A stretch of DNA of 63,923 nt, the filler included, from Octopus bimaculoides (Eukaryota): NCBI RefSeq assembly GCF_001194135.2. It is 5 parts of 5 records of this genome, joined end to end, with 100 filler letters (N's around TTAATTAATTAA, not from the genome) between each part and the next. Parts side by side here need not be neighbours in the genome. Positions count along the whole stretch, not along the records: positions 1 to 28,963 come from NC_068997.1; 4 more parts are not named here. One strand, 5' to 3'. Made by a program: the position numbers and the translations under genes. The notes under the pieces are model-generated. The model was not told where the DNA came from. It saw nothing but the letters and a program-made list of their open reading frames with translations, and did not search any database. Shown piece by piece: positions 1 through 12,844 of this stretch (the stretch's first letter is position 1; each line of letters opens with the position of its first letter).

Positions 1-43
<43 letters not shown>

Positions 44-668
44 TGCAATAATACATACATACAAAAATTATATACACAGTACCTACACACGTGCATATAC
101 AAATATACATACATATGGTTGAGTGTGTGTGAGCATATCTATGTATGCATCTATATAATTAAGCACACACATAGTGGTCAGTATCGAAATACACAGAACA
201 CATAATGTAAACACCAACAAATAAATAACCTATTAAACAATAAACAAACAAAAAAATAAATAAACGAAAAAATAAACAAAATGTAAAGGTCAGGTATGAA
301 TCAAATCCGAAGTCTACGAGCTGACGCCTAGCTGCATTAAATTATTGAAACGGTTTGACAATCATTCGTCACACCTCAGTGATTCAAACCACTGACTTGA
401 TCAACCTTTACCAAACCTCCCACTAATCTATCAAATTTAAGATCCTTTGCTTAGTTTGTGTTATTTATGTTTTATCTTTCAGTTTAATCTCTAATTGGTT
501 TCCAAAATCATTATTAACTTATTAACATAATGTAACCAATCCTTCCAGTTTCACTCAGACGATCACCCGTGATAATCACCGTGATAATCTAATGATCTCT
601 GGTTAATTTCTTTATATTACATTCCATGCCATTTTTTGTTCCTCCTTATTGGTTACTGGAATTGGTGA

Positions 669-719
<51 letters not shown>

Positions 720-1679
720 NNNNNNNNNNNNNNNNNNNNNNNNNNNNNNNNNNNNNNNNNNNNNNNNNNNNNNNNNNNNNNNNNNNNNNNNNNNNNNNNN
801 NNNNNNNNNNNNNNNNNNNNNNNNNNNNNNNNNNNNNNNNNNNNNNNNNNNNNNNNNNNNNNNNNNNNNNNNNNNNNNNNNNNNNNNNNNNNNNNNNNNN
901 NNNNNNNNNNNNNNNNNNNNNNNNNNNNNNNNNNNNNNNNNNNNNNNNNNNNNNNNNNNNNNNNNNNNNNNNNNNNNNNNNNNNNNNNNNNNNNNNNNNN
1001 NNNNNNNNNNNNNNNNNNNNNNNNNNNNNNNNNNNNNNNNNNNNNNNNNNNNNNNNNNNNNNNNNNNNNNNNNNNNNNNNNNNNNNNNNNNNNNNNNNNN
1101 NNNNNNNNNNNNNNNNNNNNNNNNNNNNNNNNNNNNNNNNNNNNNNNNNNNNNNNNNNNNNNNNNNNNNNNNNNNNNNNNNNNNNNNNNNNNNNNNNNNN
1201 NNNNNNNNNNNNNNNNNNNNNNNNNNNNNNNNNNNNNNNNNNNNNNNNNNNNNNNNNNNNNNNNNNNNNNNNNNNNNNNNNNNNNNNNNNNNNNNNNNNN
1301 NNNNNNNNNNNNNNNNNNNNNNNNNNNNNNNNNNNNNNNNNNNNNNNNNNNNNNNNNNNNNNNNNNNNNNNNNNNNNNNNNNNNNNNNNNNNNNNNNATA
1401 CATACATATTTGTGTGAGTGCATGTTTGTGTATCTGTGTGTTTGCATGTGTATGTGTGTATACGTCTGTCTGTCTATATGTATGTTTGTTTGTGTGTATG
1501 TATGTATGTATGTATGTATGTATGTATGTATGCATGTATGGATGGATGGATGTATGGATGTATGTATACATGAGTGTATTTACGGAATATATGGTGAAAG
1601 TGCATGAGCGACAAGGCCTCTGAAATACGACGAAAATTTTTACTCTTCATAATATATAATACTATGAAGAAATATTCAT

Positions 1680-2690
1680 ACAGTACTTTAAATGATTTCT
1701 TGATCAGTGAAACTGCTTGCAGCTTCAGTAACATCTGCATTGGTCTGTTTCTATTCTTGCATATCAGCAACATTAAAGTTTCCATAAAGAATTGTCTCCC
1801 GGCTATAATTTAACAGTTTCCCTCATATCTTGCAGTTCAGATGCCACATGTGTTATGTGGAAGCTTTAAAATCTTCGACTTGATCATACACTAGATCAGC
1901 AAACATCACCTTCGACCATAACTTTTGTTGCTGACTTAAAAGTGTTTCATGCTTGACTGCATTCTATCCAATCACGAGCGATAATTTTATATCTTTTACA
2001 TTTTAACTGCACTGAAATTCTATTAAGCTGATCTTATTCACCATTCCCATCATAAAACCGTTTTTATAGAGATATTTAAAGTTCTTAACGGTTCCATGAT
2101 CCATGGGTTGAATCACTGATGTTACGTTTGGTAGCAAGAAGCAAGTATAAATATTTCCCTAACGAGAAATTATTTTAACGTTATGCGCGTAGACTTTGCA
2201 CATTTTGAGAAGTATCATGCATTGTGTATTTGAAGGGTTCTTCTTCAGTTCTGTTTAAATTCCAAAGAATTGATGAAACAAAATTTTGAACGAATCATTT
2301 GCAATGGAGCACGTCCTCAGTAGGTGTCCAAGTGTCCGAGAAGAGGAAAGATACTGCCAAAGGCACGACTAAGTTTTGAAGATCATAACAGGCATCATGC
2401 GCAGTGCACCCTCCGTCCAGAATAGTTTATCACTTTTGTCCGGGACGACGGAAAGAAGACGCCTTCTCCTTGGTCGGCCTCCTTACAAATGCAAAAGGTT
2501 GAATTTACATTTGATCGTTTCGACGCCGATAAAATTCTATATACTGAGCGAAAAGTCCTGTTCTTTCCGTCTTTGCTCGGTACGCTATTTGGGTTTTGGT
2601 GCACTCTGCTCAGTTGATGAACTCTTGGTCCAGTATAAATTTCTGTTGCATTATCTAATTTGTACTTAAACACACACAATGTTCTGGAGC
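1680..2690 (-). pseudogene. Decayed pogo/Tigger-type DNA transposase (DDE_1/CENP-B family)
   Basis: Manual minus-strand translation gives GNIYTCFLLPNVTSVIQPMDHGTVKNFKYLYK (motif at 2140-2093), matching the pogo hallmark FLPPNxTSxxQPMDQG. Upstream are a *FVQNFV block and a weaker LDNATE/LYW...EQSAP block; downstream is a C-terminal TDQEII. There are many stops and frameshifts. The 2310-2690 part is less certain. Confidence 0.75.
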
Positions 2691-3954
2691 TGCTTCTTCT
2701 ATCGAACAGGTGAGTTCTATGGAACGGAATATAGTAAATATTTCCGGTATATCAACAATGGAATAAAATACAATATCGATGTTGAGTAGGAGGATTTGAA
2801 CTTAGCCTTTAATTAACAAAACAATCACTACTCATTGTGTTACCACCTGTGCCACCTTTACACACCGGAAAAAGAAAAACAAGCAGCATCGCAATAAAGT
2901 GCAGTAAGATAATCGCATTAACAATGGTTTTCAAATTTTGGTACAAGATTTTAGAAAATAGGATTCAGTTTGTGAGCATAAATTGCATGATTTAAGTTTG
3001 CTTGTTTTCGAAAAGACTATTGACGTTAAAGAAAGCTTTATATCTTGACGCTAAACAAAGCTTTATATATGAGACGATTAATAAAGTTCGTTGATTAGTT
3101 ATCATTAGTCGCGTTCAAGCAACCTCTTGCATGCANNNNNNNNNNNNNNNNNNNNNNNNNNNNNNNNNNNNNNNNNNNNNNNNNNNNNNNNNNNNNNNNN
3201 NNNNNNNNNNNNNNNNNNNNNNNNNNNNNNNNNNNNNNNNNNNNNNNNNNNNNNNNNNNNNNNNNNNNNNNNNNNNNNNNNNNNNNNNNNNNNNNNNNNN
3301 NNNNNNNNNNNNNNNNNNNNNNNNNNNNNNNNNNNNNNNNNNNNNNNNNNNNNNNNNNNNNNNNNNNNNNNNNNNNNNNNNNNNNNNNNNNNNNNNNNNN
3401 NNNNNNNNNNNNNNNNNNNNNNNNNNNNNNNNNNNNNNNNNNNNNNNNNNNNNNNNNNNNNNNNNNNNNNNNNNNNNNNNNNNNNNNNNNNNNNNNNNNN
3501 NNNNNNNNNNNNNNNNNNNNNNNNNNNNNNNNNNNNNNNNNNNNNNNNNNNNNNNNNNNNNNNNNNNNNNNNNNNNNNNNNNNNNNNNNNNNNNNNNNNN
3601 NNNNNNNNNNNNNNNNNNNNNNNNNNNNNNNNNNNNNNNNNNNNNNNNNNNNNNNNNNNNNNNNNNNNNNNNNNNNNNNNNNNNNNNNNNNNNNNNNNNN
3701 NNNNNNNNNNNNNNNNNNNNNNNNNNNNNNNNNNNNNNNNNNNNNNNNNNNNNNNNNNNNNNNNNNNNNNNNNNNNNNNNNNNNNNNNNNNNNNNNNNNN
3801 NNNNNNNNNNNNNNNNNNNNNNNNNNNNNNNNNNNNNNNNNNNNNNNNNNNNNNNNNNNNNNNNNNNNNNNNNNNNNNNNNNNNNNNNNNNNNNNNNNNN
3901 NNNNNNNNNNNNNNNNNNNNNNNNNNNNNNNNNNNNNNNNNNNNNNNNNNNNNN

Positions 3955-4075
3955 GATTCTGGGTTCAGTCCCACTGCATGGCGCCTTGGGCAGGTGTCTT
4001 CCACTATAGCCTCGGGCCGACCAAAGCCTTGTGAATGGATTTAGTAGACGGAAATTGAAAGAAGCCCGTCGCATT
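3955..4075 (+). mobile_element. tRNA-derived SINE family A, 5' part lost in gap, (TA)n tail
   Basis: GGTTCAGTCCCACTG...GGGCAGGTGTCTTCCACTATAGCC...GAAAGAAGCCCGTCG, shared with copies at 59748, 61312 and reverse copies at 7950, 10300, 42840. Confidence 0.85.
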
Positions 4076-4134
4076 ATATAAATATATATATATATATATA
4101 TACAAGTATATATTCATGCATACGAATATGCATG

Positions 4135-4175
<41 letters not shown>

Positions 4176-4639
4176 CTGTATGTAAAAATAAAACAACAAC
4201 CGAAAGTGATATAATAAATAACCTAGGGTAGGATTACTTGCAATATAATCATATATTTTAATTAAAAATACTGTTCCGATGGTAGGGAACTAATCAGTAA
4301 GGTCCCGTTATTTTGAGGGACTTAACATTATTTATATCAATTTATTTATTTTTAATAATTTTTCCCATTTTTCATAAAGCTCTGTTTTATAATTTATGTA
4401 TTTAGGGATAGATGTATGCATGTGTGTATACATATATGTTTTTAATTTATAAATACATTTACATTCCTCCTTCGTATTCGCTAATTTGTTTCCAAACTGT
4501 TTTATAGTCATTAATGTGTTTGCCTATCTTTATATTGAAAACTGTGTCATATATGTTAATTGAATATAAATGAAAAGTTCTTTCCCCCATTATAATTGCT
4601 TAAATAAACTAACTGTAAGTCAGATTTTAAATTTCGAGT

Positions 4640-4642
4640 TGC

Positions 4643-4720
<78 letters not shown>

Positions 4721-4770
4721 GGTTATTGTTATTGTTGTTGTTGTTATTATTATTATTAGTAGTAGTTGTA
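4640..4770. repeat. (ATT)n/(GTT)n microsatellite
   Basis: Directly visible; it produces the poly-L and poly-N ORFs. Confidence 0.95.
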
Positions 4771-4774
4771 GTAA

Positions 4775-5020
4775 GGTAGCGAGCTGGCAGAACCGTTAGC
4801 ATGCTGGGCAAAAAGCTTAGCGGTATTTCATCTGACGATACGTTCTGAGTTCAAATATCACCAAGGTCAACTTTGCTTTTATCATTTTGGAATCGATAAA
4901 TTAAGTACCAGTCAAGTACAGGAGTCGATGTGATCGATTGTAACCCTCCCCACAAAAATCCAGGCATTGTGCCTATACTAAAAAAGATTATTACTATTAT
5001 TATTATTATTATTATTATTG
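4775..5020 (+). mobile_element. SINE family B, near full length with (ATT)n tail
   Basis: GGTAGCGAGCTGGCAGAACCGTTAGC...GTTCTGAGTTCAAAT...GATAAATTAAGTACCAG...TTGTGCCTATA; about 15 related copies occur in the window. Confidence 0.85.
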
Positions 5021-5021
5021 A

Positions 5022-5903
5022 CTAAATTACGCAAAAACATCTAAATTACGCAAAAATGAAAATAACACTAACATCTCATTTTCACAGAGATATTTTCCAA
5101 AATTAAATAAAAAATATCTTGAAATACTAAAGAATAAATTTATTCAAAATCGCCATTGGCTTCAACTGCGGCCTCCAGACAATTTCGGAGTCTCCAGCGA
5201 CTTTTCTGGAAGGTCTCCTTGTTTAAGTTGGTGAATGTTGCTATAATCCTTGCCTTCAGTTCATCTTCGGTGTTACAAGGAGTTTTGGTAGTCTCTCGCT
5301 TAACTGCGCCCCACACATAATAATTAAAGGGCTTGCAGTCTGGGGAGTTAGGTGGCCAGATGTTAGGGATGATATGGTCGCAGAAATTGTCTGACAGCCA
5401 TGACTGGGTTTCTCTGCTACTGTGGCATGGTGCAGAGTCCTGTTGTGCGACGTAGGGTCTTCCAGCAGTCACCCTCTTCACCCAGAGCAGCACTACCTCC
5501 TCCAGGCACTTGATGCAGACCTCTGTGTCTAGTCTGAGGCCGTGTGGTAAGATGAAAGTAAGCATTACGTCGCCATCACTGGTGATCACTCCAAACGCCA
5601 TGATGTTGACTGGATGTTTGATATTCATCACTCTCGGTACATGTCCTCAGATTGCACTGTTCTCAAATTGAGACCCAGGCACTTTGAAATGTCTGAACTG
5701 AAGCTCCCGGCGCGAATGCCAAGCAGAGCAGCATGTCGTTTCCAAATTTCTGACAGAGTGAATTGCTTCACGGTGCTGTGTTTTCTCACAGACGGTGCCC
5801 AACTGACCCTACTATACTGTGTAGTTGACAAAATTAAAAACAAGCAATGCACATGTGCGAGATTAAAAATATAAAATGGCGACAATTTACCCATTGCAGA
5901 CTG
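5022..5903 (-). mobile_element. maT/DD37D Tc1-mariner element, internally deleted, 5' TIR intact
   Basis: ORF 5140-5631 has QQDSAPCH...WPPNSPDCKPFNYYVWG, with 37 residues between D and the N that replaces the last D. An N-terminal HTH piece (RHAALLGIRAG...LNLRTVQ) is fused directly to HVPRVM. The element ends in TA|CAGTCTGCAATGGGTAAATTGTCGCC at 5905-5878. Confidence 0.9.
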
Positions 5904-5908
5904 TATGT

Positions 5909-5922
5909 AGATCGGAAGAGCG
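5909..5922 (+). other. Illumina adapter remnant (assembly artefact)
   Basis: AGATCGGAAGAGCG sits immediately before an N gap. Confidence 0.9.
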
Positions 5923-6069
5923 NNNNNNNNNNNNNNNNNNNNNNNNNNNNNNNNNNNNNNNNNNNNNNNNNNNNNNNNNNNNNNNNNNNNNNNNNNNNNN
6001 NNNNNNNNNNNNNNNNNNNNNNNNNNNNNNNNNNNNNNNNNNNNNNNNNNNNNNNNNNNNNNNNNNNNN

Positions 6070-6112
<43 letters not shown>

Positions 6113-7280
6113 CATACATACATACATACTTACATACATACATACATACATGCATACATACATACATGCATACATACGTGTGCACACACAGACACACACG
6201 CTCACACACACACACAGTCACACGCGCAGGAGCACATTTACATATTTATATTAGTGTAAATATATATTTACATACACTCATGTCTCCACATACATAAATG
6301 TCATTCGTGCATACAAACATCAATACAAACACACATATACGTGACCAAAGGACTTCCTCTCTAAAGCCAACAGATCTGTGAAATCTCCTCTCGCTGCTAC
6401 CAGATCTCTCTTACTCCACCCCCATAGTGCCTCATTCTCACACTCAATTTCATCTCACCACATTGCACCCTATTTCGACCTCTGGCCACTAGCATATCCA
6501 CCCCCTTACCTATAACAAGTTGTGTCGTTAGCTAATTAGTCCCAACCTGCCGTTTTAAACCCAACACGACCACCACCACCACCATCAACACCACAGTCAC
6601 ACCGTAGATCCGTCATGGCGTTACAGCATCATATTCGTCCAGCCTAACCTACCCACTACTAAACGCCTATCTGACACGAACTCTCCTGAGGCCACCCCTA
6701 CGCGTCCTTGTGTGCTCTGCTGTACACTCGAGTTACCGATACTGGTGAGATGTGACAGAGCAAGCATATGTTCCTGCTATGAGTAAGTAGACTTAATGAG
6801 CTACCAGAGGTGGTTACCAGGTATTACTATAGAGTGATGGGGGTGTATGCTGTGTTTGTAGACAGACATATGCAGTTGACTGTACACATACACATATTCC
6901 ACGTGTGTGTGTGTGTGTGTGTGTGCATATGTTTACATAAATGAATATGTATATAGGTTATTAATTAATGATTCACTCCTTAGGGAAGGAGAGCATAAGC
7001 AATATACTAATCGCAAGCAATTCTCAAACGAATAGGTAGATAATTTGAAGAAATTACAAATTTTCACATAAATTATAATTTTTACTTTCATTAGGCAATT
7101 CACTTTATTAGTCCTAATTGCGCAATACATGGAAAATCATATTAGATTTGCAGAGTAGGCAAAGACTTAAAGAAATACAAAAATTGTACATATAAGCAAT
7201 AAAGAAACCCTATTATATGTGCATGACTTATTTTAATATTTCACATTCACTAAATATTAAACTGTAAACATGAGCCTTAT

Positions 7281-7322
<42 letters not shown>

Positions 7323-7442
7323 TAAGCTGTTATAGGATTAGGTCCTTACAGAAAATGGAAAGTACGGGAGCTTTAATTCTGTGTTGTGGAGTTCAGCCCT
7401 AGTATATCTTTCAATTCTTCTAGGCGCATCCACTCCGGGATC

Positions 7443-7500
<58 letters not shown>

Positions 7501-7529
7501 ATTTGAAAAATCTATTTACTTAGTATTAT

Positions 7530-7920
7530 TTAGTATTAGAATATTTAAATGTTCTTCTATATATATGACAACATTTCAATGCAAAATTACTTTTCAATTT
7601 AATAATACTAATTTCAAAATTATTATATAATTCATTTCCCCAAGGCAAAATTTACATTTAGCATTACCAGTATAGTTCGATGGTGCGTATTTAATAATGC
7701 AGCACTTTGAATCATAGTTAATGTTCCTGTCTTTTAAATTACAAATGCATTTACTAAGAATCGTAGAATTACATTTTCTTCTATACTTAAATGAATGAGA
7801 ATGATTATGTAGTGTAGATTTCCAAATTGTAGGGGATGAGCCGTTCTTAAACACTGGTTTTCTAAAGGACAACTAATTTTGTTTCTAATATTACAAAAGC
7901 CTTTATTTGCGTGTATGTGT
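7530..7920 (-). mobile_element. Penelope-like element, GIY-YIG endonuclease region remnant
   Basis: CNIRNKISCPLENQCL (ORF 7734-8030), then a frameshift into HNHSHSFKYRRKCNSTILSKCICNLK...CKFCLGEMNYII..LLN and KCCH. This matches the PLE CNCR..CPL..CL / NH..SF..T.LS..IW.LK / C.LCL.EK..LN..CRH pattern. Confidence 0.85.
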
Positions 7921-7949
7921 ACAACATATACAGGTCGGTCTGTGACTAT

Positions 7950-8030
7950 TATACAAGACAAGGTTTCACAGAGTGGGCCTGAACCCGGGACCATGTAGTT
8001 GGGAAGCAAACCACACAGCCACGCTTGCAC
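7950..8030 (-). mobile_element. SINE family A, 5' fragment
   Basis: Reverse complement of GGCTGTGTGG...CTTCCCAACTACATGGTCCCGGGTTCAGGCCCACT. Confidence 0.7.
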
Positions 8031-8161
8031 CTATTGATATGATAATTTATTATCTATTTCTTATTCTCTATAAACTTTCTGTAACGTTATGGTTTTCAAA
8101 ACAACGTGAAATTTTCGCAATACTTGCTCAATTATATAATTTTACATGATAAACATGCTGG

Positions 8162-8367
8162 CGATAGTTACTAACATACCAGTACAGAGTGCGTTATGAA
8201 TAAATGAATAAATAAATGCACAGAGCTACACTCACGTGCATTTATTTAAACGTACTGAAAAGACCTCTTGGGTTCTATTTTCCCCGCTAGACTAAATATA
8301 AATGCGTACCAACATGTGTAAGTTTATTTATTCATAATCCATGCTCTGTTGAGTACTGTAGCTATCG
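8162..8367. repeat. Degenerate inverted-repeat element (old MITE?) with an internal 12-bp hairpin
   Basis: CGATAG..ACAGAG..TTATGAATAAAT is mirrored by ATTTATTCATAA..CTCTGT..CTATCG. A perfect AAATAAATGCAC/GTGCATTTATTT pair lies at 8210-8221/8236-8247. Confidence 0.55.
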
Positions 8368-8599
8368 TATATAATATGGTTCCACTCGTTGATTACGAAA
8401 AACTGAGAGGATCATTGACAGGAACTCGTAGGAATATAGGCCGTGGAAGACAGAGAGAAAGAAAGATATTGGTTAAAAATGAGAGGAAAATGCGAACCTA
8501 AAAGCAAGTGACAGCATGAGACAATATATAATGGATGTTCAAGACATATTCAGGCATAGACATATGCACACACAAATACAGACCCCTGCACACACGTGC

Positions 8600-8920
<321 letters not shown>

Positions 8921-8984
8921 CCAAGGATTGGCAAAAGAGCAAGCGTTACATAGCCACATTTATTACCTCACTGATATATTTTTT

Positions 8985-9370
8985 TTAAAAATAAGCATTG
9001 CAGTCAGAGTAAGTCGATTACATCGACCCCAATGTTCAAATGGTACTTATTTCATCGATACCAAAAGAATGAAAAATGAAGTCGACCTCGCTGGAATTTG
9101 AAAACAGACCGTAAAGAAATACCAGCTAATTATGTTGTCCAAAGCTCTAACAGTTCTGCCAACTCACCGCCTTAATATATACTCCTTTATAATCCTTTCT
9201 GTTATAAGCTCAAGGCTTCAAATTTCGTTGGCCTATTACATCAGCCCAAGTGTTCAGCAGGTACTTATTTCATGACCTATGAAACGCAAAGTCGATTCGA
9301 CAGAATTTGAACTCAGAACGTAAAGCAGGAAAAAAATGCCGCTAAGCATTTTATCCAAGGCACTAACGTT
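8985..9370 (-). mobile_element. Two tandem SINE family B copies
   Basis: Two reverse-complement copies with GTCGAC/GTCGAT...GAATTTGAA...GTAAAG...CTAA blocks. Confidence 0.75.
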
Positions 9371-9547
9371 TCTGCTACCACTCCACTTTAATACGATGAT
9401 AATGAGAAAAATCATGCTATGGGAGTTGAAGTTTGAGGTGTGGCTGCATTGAAATTTATTGCAGTGAAATGTTTTTCAGATAGAGATGGTCACATATGTT
9501 AACCCATTCATCATATTCCTATTTCAAAGTAACTAGGTATGTGTGTG

Positions 9548-9609
<62 letters not shown>

Positions 9610-10299
9610 AAGGCGATGCTCCAGCATGGCCGCAGTCAAATGACTGAAACAAGTTAAAGAGTTAAAGAGTAAAAAGAAAGAGAGAGAGAGGGAGACAGAG
9701 AGGGAGACAGGGTAACTTTAAATTAAGGAGTGGAACGTACAATTTCCTGTGAGTTAGACAAACTCGTGGTCCCAGATGAGAAAATGGAAAAGGCGTTGCC
9801 CCAGAGGATAGCAGCGGGGATGCGCTGGGTCATTTGGGGTCATTGAATTGTGCATATTAAAGAGGAAGATTAATTAACGAAATTAATTATTTTTGTTTGT
9901 TTGTTTGTTTTTTATATTTAGAACAGTGCTACTTAACCATTTTTTACCCACAGACCCTTTGATTGCTATTTTCCTCTAATGGTGTATTGTAGAAGCACAA
10001 GCTGTCGATAGCCTGCCGGAAAAGATGTTTTCCTGGGGCTAAAACAACAGTAACATCGTCCTTTATAGGACTGCCACGTTATGTTAGCCATTTATTGCAC
10101 CAAAATTTTAACAACAAAATTTTATATGGACCCCGTTGAAAAACCATTGATTTAGAAGCATGGGTTCGAAATCCATAGACAGTGCAGTAGTCTGTGTGTA
10201 TTTTTGTTTGTGTGTGTGAGAGAGAGAGAGGGAGACAAACAGACAGACAGAAAGAGAGCGGGAGAGATAGAGGAAAAAATTACAGAGGTGGGTATATGA

Positions 10300-10460
10300 G
10301 ATCACACAACCATACACGGGAGTCCTCCACACACTTTCCGTCTACCAACTTCACTCACTATTGGTTAGCCCAAGACTATAGTACAAGATTGTTACCCAAG
10401 ACTGAACCCGAAACCATGCGGCTCTAAAGCGAGCTCTTTAACAACATCGCCATGCCAGCA
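10300..10460 (-). mobile_element. SINE family A, diverged
   Basis: TTTCCGTCTACCAACTTCACTCAC...GACTATAGTA...CTGAACCCGAAACCATG. Confidence 0.7.
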
Positions 10461-10469
10461 CCAATCATA

Positions 10470-10890
10470 ATAATCCTTTCTACTATAGGCACAATGCCTG
10501 AAATGTATGAGGAGATTACATCGAACCAGTGTTTCACTGGTACTCAATTTGTCGACCTCGGCAGAATTTGAACTCAGAAGGTAAAGACGGGCGAAACGCC
10601 ACTAAGCATTTCGTCCAGCGTGCTAACGATTCGGCTAGCTCGCCATTTTCGCCTAAATCATCATCATAATAATAATTATTATTATGGGTTAAGGCGGCGA
10701 GTTGGCAGAGTTGTTAGCGGTATTTCGTCTGCCGCTACGTTCTGGGTTCAAATTCCGCCGAGGTCGATTATGCCTTTCTTCCTTTTGGGGTCGATAAAAT
10801 AAGTACCAAATGAACACTGAGGTCAATGTAATCGACTCATCCCTTCCTCCCCCAAGATGCCCTTGTGGCAAAAATTTGAAATAATTATTA
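10470..10890. mobile_element. Head-to-head inverted pair of SINE family B (minus 10470-10643, plus 10690-10890)
   Basis: Reverse and forward copies of the same family about 45 bp apart. Confidence 0.8.
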
Positions 10891-11139
10891 TTCTGGATTA
10901 ACTACGTTGAATGAATTGACAGCGAATTTCTATATAATACAATTACTTAACTGATTAATGACTTAGCAGTTAGAGAATCAATGATCAATTAATTACTTAG
11001 AATATCAATAACTCAAAAAAGAAAAAAAAGAGTCGGGTTTGATTATGTTAGCACTCACTCAACGATTATGATTCTTGCTGATGGCGTCCCTAGGCAACTG
11101 TCTTCAAGACATGATCTCTGTAGTATTCTTGCTTATATA

Positions 11140-11255
11140 CATACCTGTCTGTCTGTGTCTCTGTCTACCAACTAGTCCGTCTCTTTATCTATCTATCTAT
11201 CTATCTGTCTGTCTGTCTGTCTATCTATCTATATATCTATCTATCTATCTGTCTG

Positions 11256-11310
<55 letters not shown>

Positions 11311-11315
11311 GTCTG

Positions 11316-11351
<36 letters not shown>
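11140..11351. repeat. (TATC)n/(TGTC)n microsatellite
   Basis: Directly visible. Confidence 0.95.
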
Positions 11352-11355
<4 letters not shown>

Positions 11356-11562
11356 GTGCAGCTTCCAAACGACCAATGCGTTCTATAGAGGACTAGTGGA
11401 GGGGAGGTCTGACGACACTCTCGGGGCAAACCTGGGTGTCGACGAGAAATTCCTAACCCGCCTTTTCAAGACGACGTTCGGGCCGGGGCCTATGGATAAT
11501 TTCCAGAGATCCCTGGCTTGGCAATGCTATCGAGACGCACTACCAGTTCGAGAGAAGATCTA
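11352..11562 (+). mobile_element. L1/Tx1-like LINE ORF2 3' fragment
   Basis: AFYRGLVEG...FGPGPMDNFQRSLAWQCYRDALPVREK, homologous to the copy at 20937-21460 that carries the zf-RVT-like CCHC motif. Confidence 0.75.
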
Positions 11563-12844
11563 NNNNNNNNNNNNNNNNNNNNNNNNNNNNNNNNNNNNNN
11601 NNNNNNNNNNNNNNNNNNNNNNNNNNNNNNNNNNNNNNNNNNNNNNNNNNNNNNNNNNNNNNNNNNNNNNNNNNNNNNNNNNNNNNNNNNNNNNNNNNNN
11701 NNNNNNNNNNNNNNNNNNNNNNNNNNNNNNNNNNNNNNNNNNNNNNNNNNNNNNNNNNNNNNNNNNNNNNNNNNNNNNNNNNNNNNNNNNNNNNNNNNNN
11801 NNNNNNNNNNNNNNNNNNNNNNNNNNNNNNNNNNNNNNNNNNNNNNNNNNNNNNNNNNNNNNNNNNNNNNNNNNNNNNNNNNNNNNNNNNNNNNNNNNNN
11901 NNNNNNNNNNNNNNNNNNNNNNNNNNNNNNNNNNNNNNNNNNNNNNNNNNNNNNNNNNNNNNNNNNNNNNNNNNNNNNNNNNNNNNNNNNNNNNNNNNNN
12001 NNNNNNNNNNNNNNNNNNNNNNNNNNNNNNNNNNNNNNNNNNNNNNNNNNNNNNNNNNNNNNNNNNNNNNNNNNNNNNNNNNNNNNNNNNNNNNNNNNNN
12101 NNNNNNNNNNNNNNNNNNNNNNNNNNNNNNNNNNNNNNNNNNNNNNNNNNNNNNNNNNNNNNNNNNNNNNNNNNNNNNNNNNNNNNNNNNNNNNNNNNNN
12201 NNNNNNNNNNNNNNNNNNNNNNNNNNNNNNNNNNNNNNNNNNNNNNNNNNNNNNNNNNNNNNNNNNNNNAAATTATCCCCCGCCCCAAGAAAAGCTCTAC
12301 TTTGTAATTTGTCCATTTTCTGTATTTAGCCCTGTGTGGCTATAATAAAAAGATATCTATCTATCTATCCGTCTGTCTGTCAGTAGATATATATATGTGT
12401 GCGTGTGTGCAAGAATGTATATATATGTAAACGCTATGAGTGTATATATGTACATACATGTATGCACATGCATATGAGTGCACACACTCACACACACATG
12501 CACATACACACACATACACACACATACACACACATGCATACATACACGCATCCTCCTCATCAGTCGCCAGCTGTGTTGGACACAACCCGGTATTTGTGAT
12601 ATAACACATTCTCTAATCTAAATGCTCCCTCCCGTGCTCTTTCCTTCCTCTCTCTCTCTCTTTTCCCTCTTTTACTCCCATTGTCTCTCTCCTCCCTCTT
12701 CAAACTTAGCACCTTTTCCATTCCTTCCTTCTTTCCTTCCTCCCAAACTCCAATTCTTCACCATTCTTCCCGTTTCGAAAACTAGCAAGATTCCTGTCGA
12801 AATAGTCTTAGCACGACAGAAAATTAAATCAAAGTGAATGAAAG

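Noticed and set aside
2376-2669. piggyBac-like YLGFGALCSVDELLVQY in the plus-strand ORF
   Set aside because: No other piggyBac motif follows, and the minus strand is better explained as the upstream part of the pogo remnant.
6340-6900. Possible RTE/CR1 RT remnant on the minus strand
   Set aside because: There is only a faint GGG…DLL resemblance, too decayed to support.
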